NCBI GenBank assembly: GCA_008369845.1
Contig: MRSU01007641.1
Location: 1 to 40,222 of the forward strand
DNA from: Trichomonas gallinae
Lineage: Eukaryota
Length of the DNA: 40,222 bases
Direction of reading: 5' to 3'
Below the pieces are notes generated by a model. That model searched no databases. It was given only the letters and a program-made list of their open reading frames with translations, and had not been told where the DNA came from. A program made the translations under genes and the position numbers. Each line of letters starts with the position of its first letter. Within the stretch, counting starts at the first letter, position 1. This document shows positions 38,551 through 40,222 of this stretch, one piece after another.

Positions 38551-39849
38551 CTATTCAATTTCGTGTGCAGCTTTAAGCAGCTGTCCATACAACTCAATGC
38601 ATGAAAGTGTCATTGAATAGTCATTATGCAGATTATATCCAACTTGCTGTATTCTGATATATCTATAATATTCTTGACAATCACAATTATATGATGCAGA
38701 TTTGTATCCACCGTTGAGATCTTCATTATCTAATTTTCTGTCCAATAAGTCCCACTTATTCATATCATTGGAAGCCGTCAAAGTCCAATTGCACAAATGT
38801 CCACTTCCTCGATTTCCTCCTGAAGTCCTAATATAATACTTGTTGGGATAAACCATGTACGGCGAGAAATCAATGAGAGCAAATTGATCAGGCGTATTTT
38901 TACTGTACCAAATATTGTGAAAATTGTCGAGTTTAAGAAGGTTCTGGCTATCGAAATACTTATCATGAGTTGATGACACAACAACACGAACTTTGCCGCC
39001 TTGTTTTAAGATATAATTAATAATTCCCGTTGGAACTTTCTCGTCTGCTGGAAATTGAATATCAATATGCTTGCCTGTCTTGATTAAAGTGTCCATTTGG
39101 GTTGTATTTAATCTATAATTTCTTGATGGCCTGGGTTTTTCTTCTTCTCTCTTTGATTTCTCAATGAGCTCTTTTGAGTCGATGCCTTGGGTTGCACACA
39201 AGTCTATAATTGTATCTTTAGAGACTTCATTCAGATGAATTGAATCTATAAGTGAACTTGCTTCTTTTCCGCGTCTTTCAATGACATGCTGTATGAAGTA
39301 TGCAATATTGTCTTCATTATCTGAGCAAATGGAATCAGAATTTAAAATTTCTTCAAGAATTGGTAACGGAAGATGATATAAATCGGTATTTGTCATAATT
39401 TCTGAGAAGTGATCTTTTATGTATTGTATATACATTGAACAATCTACGTGATATCGATTCAAATATAAAATTGTTGGACAAATTGTCGCTGGCGATATTG
39501 ATTTTTTCATGCATTCGTATGCAGCATCACTTATAAGTGATAAACCAATCATATATGTCATTAAATATGCCTGAACACAATTATCTGGATTAACAACAAA
39601 ATCTTCTCCGTAGCAGAAATCCATGATTTTCTTTAGTAAGCCTAGTTTATCTGGTATCTCTAAATTTATCTTGCCACCGTTTGATTTAGATTTGTATTCG
39701 AGTAATTTTGGAGCGACTGAGTAAACGACAACAGCATGGCACGGAAATTCTGCGCCAAAGTTATCTATCACTAGATCGCATGGCACCATCCCGTCTCGCA
39801 TTTTTGTGAATGCTTTTTGTGGAGAAGGAACAACAATCTCGTAACTCAA
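38551..39849 (-). CDS. BTB/POZ-BACK-F5/8 type C (discoidin-like) domain protein; start codon uncertain
   Basis: CDLVI..FPCHAVVV..IMDFCYG (BTB); LPLPILEEILNSDSICSDNED (BACK); WYSKNTPDQFALIDF..NWTLTASND..YRYIRIQQVG..LSCIELYG (F5/8C-like). First ATG is 39801; the homology-like frame extends to TTG 39849/39858. Confidence 0.88.
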   Translation of the reverse strand: MSYEIVVPSPQKAFTKMRDGMVPCDLVIDNFGAEFPCHAVVVYSVAPKLLEYKSKSNGGKINLEIPDKLGLLKKIMDFCYGEDFVVNPDNCVQAYLMTYMIGLSLISDAAYECMKKSISPATICPTILYLNRYHVDCSMYIQYIKDHFSEIMTNTDLYHLPLPILEEILNSDSICSDNEDNIAYFIQHVIERRGKEASSLIDSIHLNEVSKDTIIDLCATQGIDSKELIEKSKREEEKPRPSRNYRLNTTQMDTLIKTGKHIDIQFPADEKVPTGIINYILKQGGKVRVVVSSTHDKYFDSQNLLKLDNFHNIWYSKNTPDQFALIDFSPYMVYPNKYYIRTSGGNRGSGHLCNWTLTASNDMNKWDLLDRKLDNEDLNGGYKSASYNCDCQEYYRYIRIQQVGYNLHNDYSMTLSCIELYGQLLKAAHEIE

Positions 39850-40222
39850 AACAAACAATGATCGGATTTTTTATATTATTTTATACGTATACAATCATTA
39901 TATAATTATATATCGAATTATGCAATAATATTTTTTTGACACCATACGTTTAAAAATAACTTTACATGACAGATTTCTATTTTTTTCGGTCAATGAACGA
40001 ACATAATTTAACCATTGCTTGCGAGATATCATGATTAATCATTAGATGGTGACATATTTGTGACCCAACTATAAATTTATCCTTTTTTTAATATTTTTTT
40101 TTGAGTTATATTGATGAAGCAAAATGTCAAATTTTAGACTTTGAATTAAGGGGGTAGGTTTGAATAGTTTACATTTTTATACTTGTTTGCTTCCTAACGC
40201 CTCATAGTCGAGCATTAGCTAA

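Noticed and set aside
1..40222. Spliceosomal introns, tRNA or rRNA genes, or an alternative genetic code
   Set aside because: No trichomonad ACTAACACACAG-type 3' intron motif, tRNA cloverleaf or rRNA signature was noticed. Long ORFs read through with the standard code and end in TAA/TAG/TGA.

Overview
Eukaryotic, AT-rich, apparently intron-less DNA typical of a trichomonad parabasalid, either Trichomonas vaginalis or a close relative. This assignment is inferred from TCA(C/T)TTT initiator elements 8-25 nt upstream of ATGs, AAAGTGAC motifs, TAAA poly(A) signals overlapping stop codons, and the gene families present. The window holds 17 plausible single-exon genes. These include an HMG-box protein, an ankyrin protein, a double-PHD protein with a degenerate SET domain (Set3/MLL5-like), a myristoylated BORCS5-like protein, an NTF2-fold protein, a membrane-anchored S8 subtilase, a CFAP100-like protein, a kelch protein, a 2319-aa coiled-coil protein, a MATE transporter, a PQ-loop protein and a BTB-BACK-F5/8C protein. 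There are also four decayed or frameshifted gene copies that the ORF track misses or splits. I saw no tRNA, rRNA, CRISPR or transposase, and I cannot support a multi-gene novel system. The best leads are non-coding or regulatory: (i) an oriented TG(A/T)CATGTAAA upstream motif, amplified into a ~31-bp-period array in a divergent promoter; (ii) a ~305-bp GC/CpG-rich island without a convincing ORF but with nested stems, lying between convergent genes; (iii) twin E2F-like palindromes upstream of the HMG gene; (iv) repeated (S/T)P-containing hinges in the giant coiled coil. All family calls are by-eye motif recognition, not database results.
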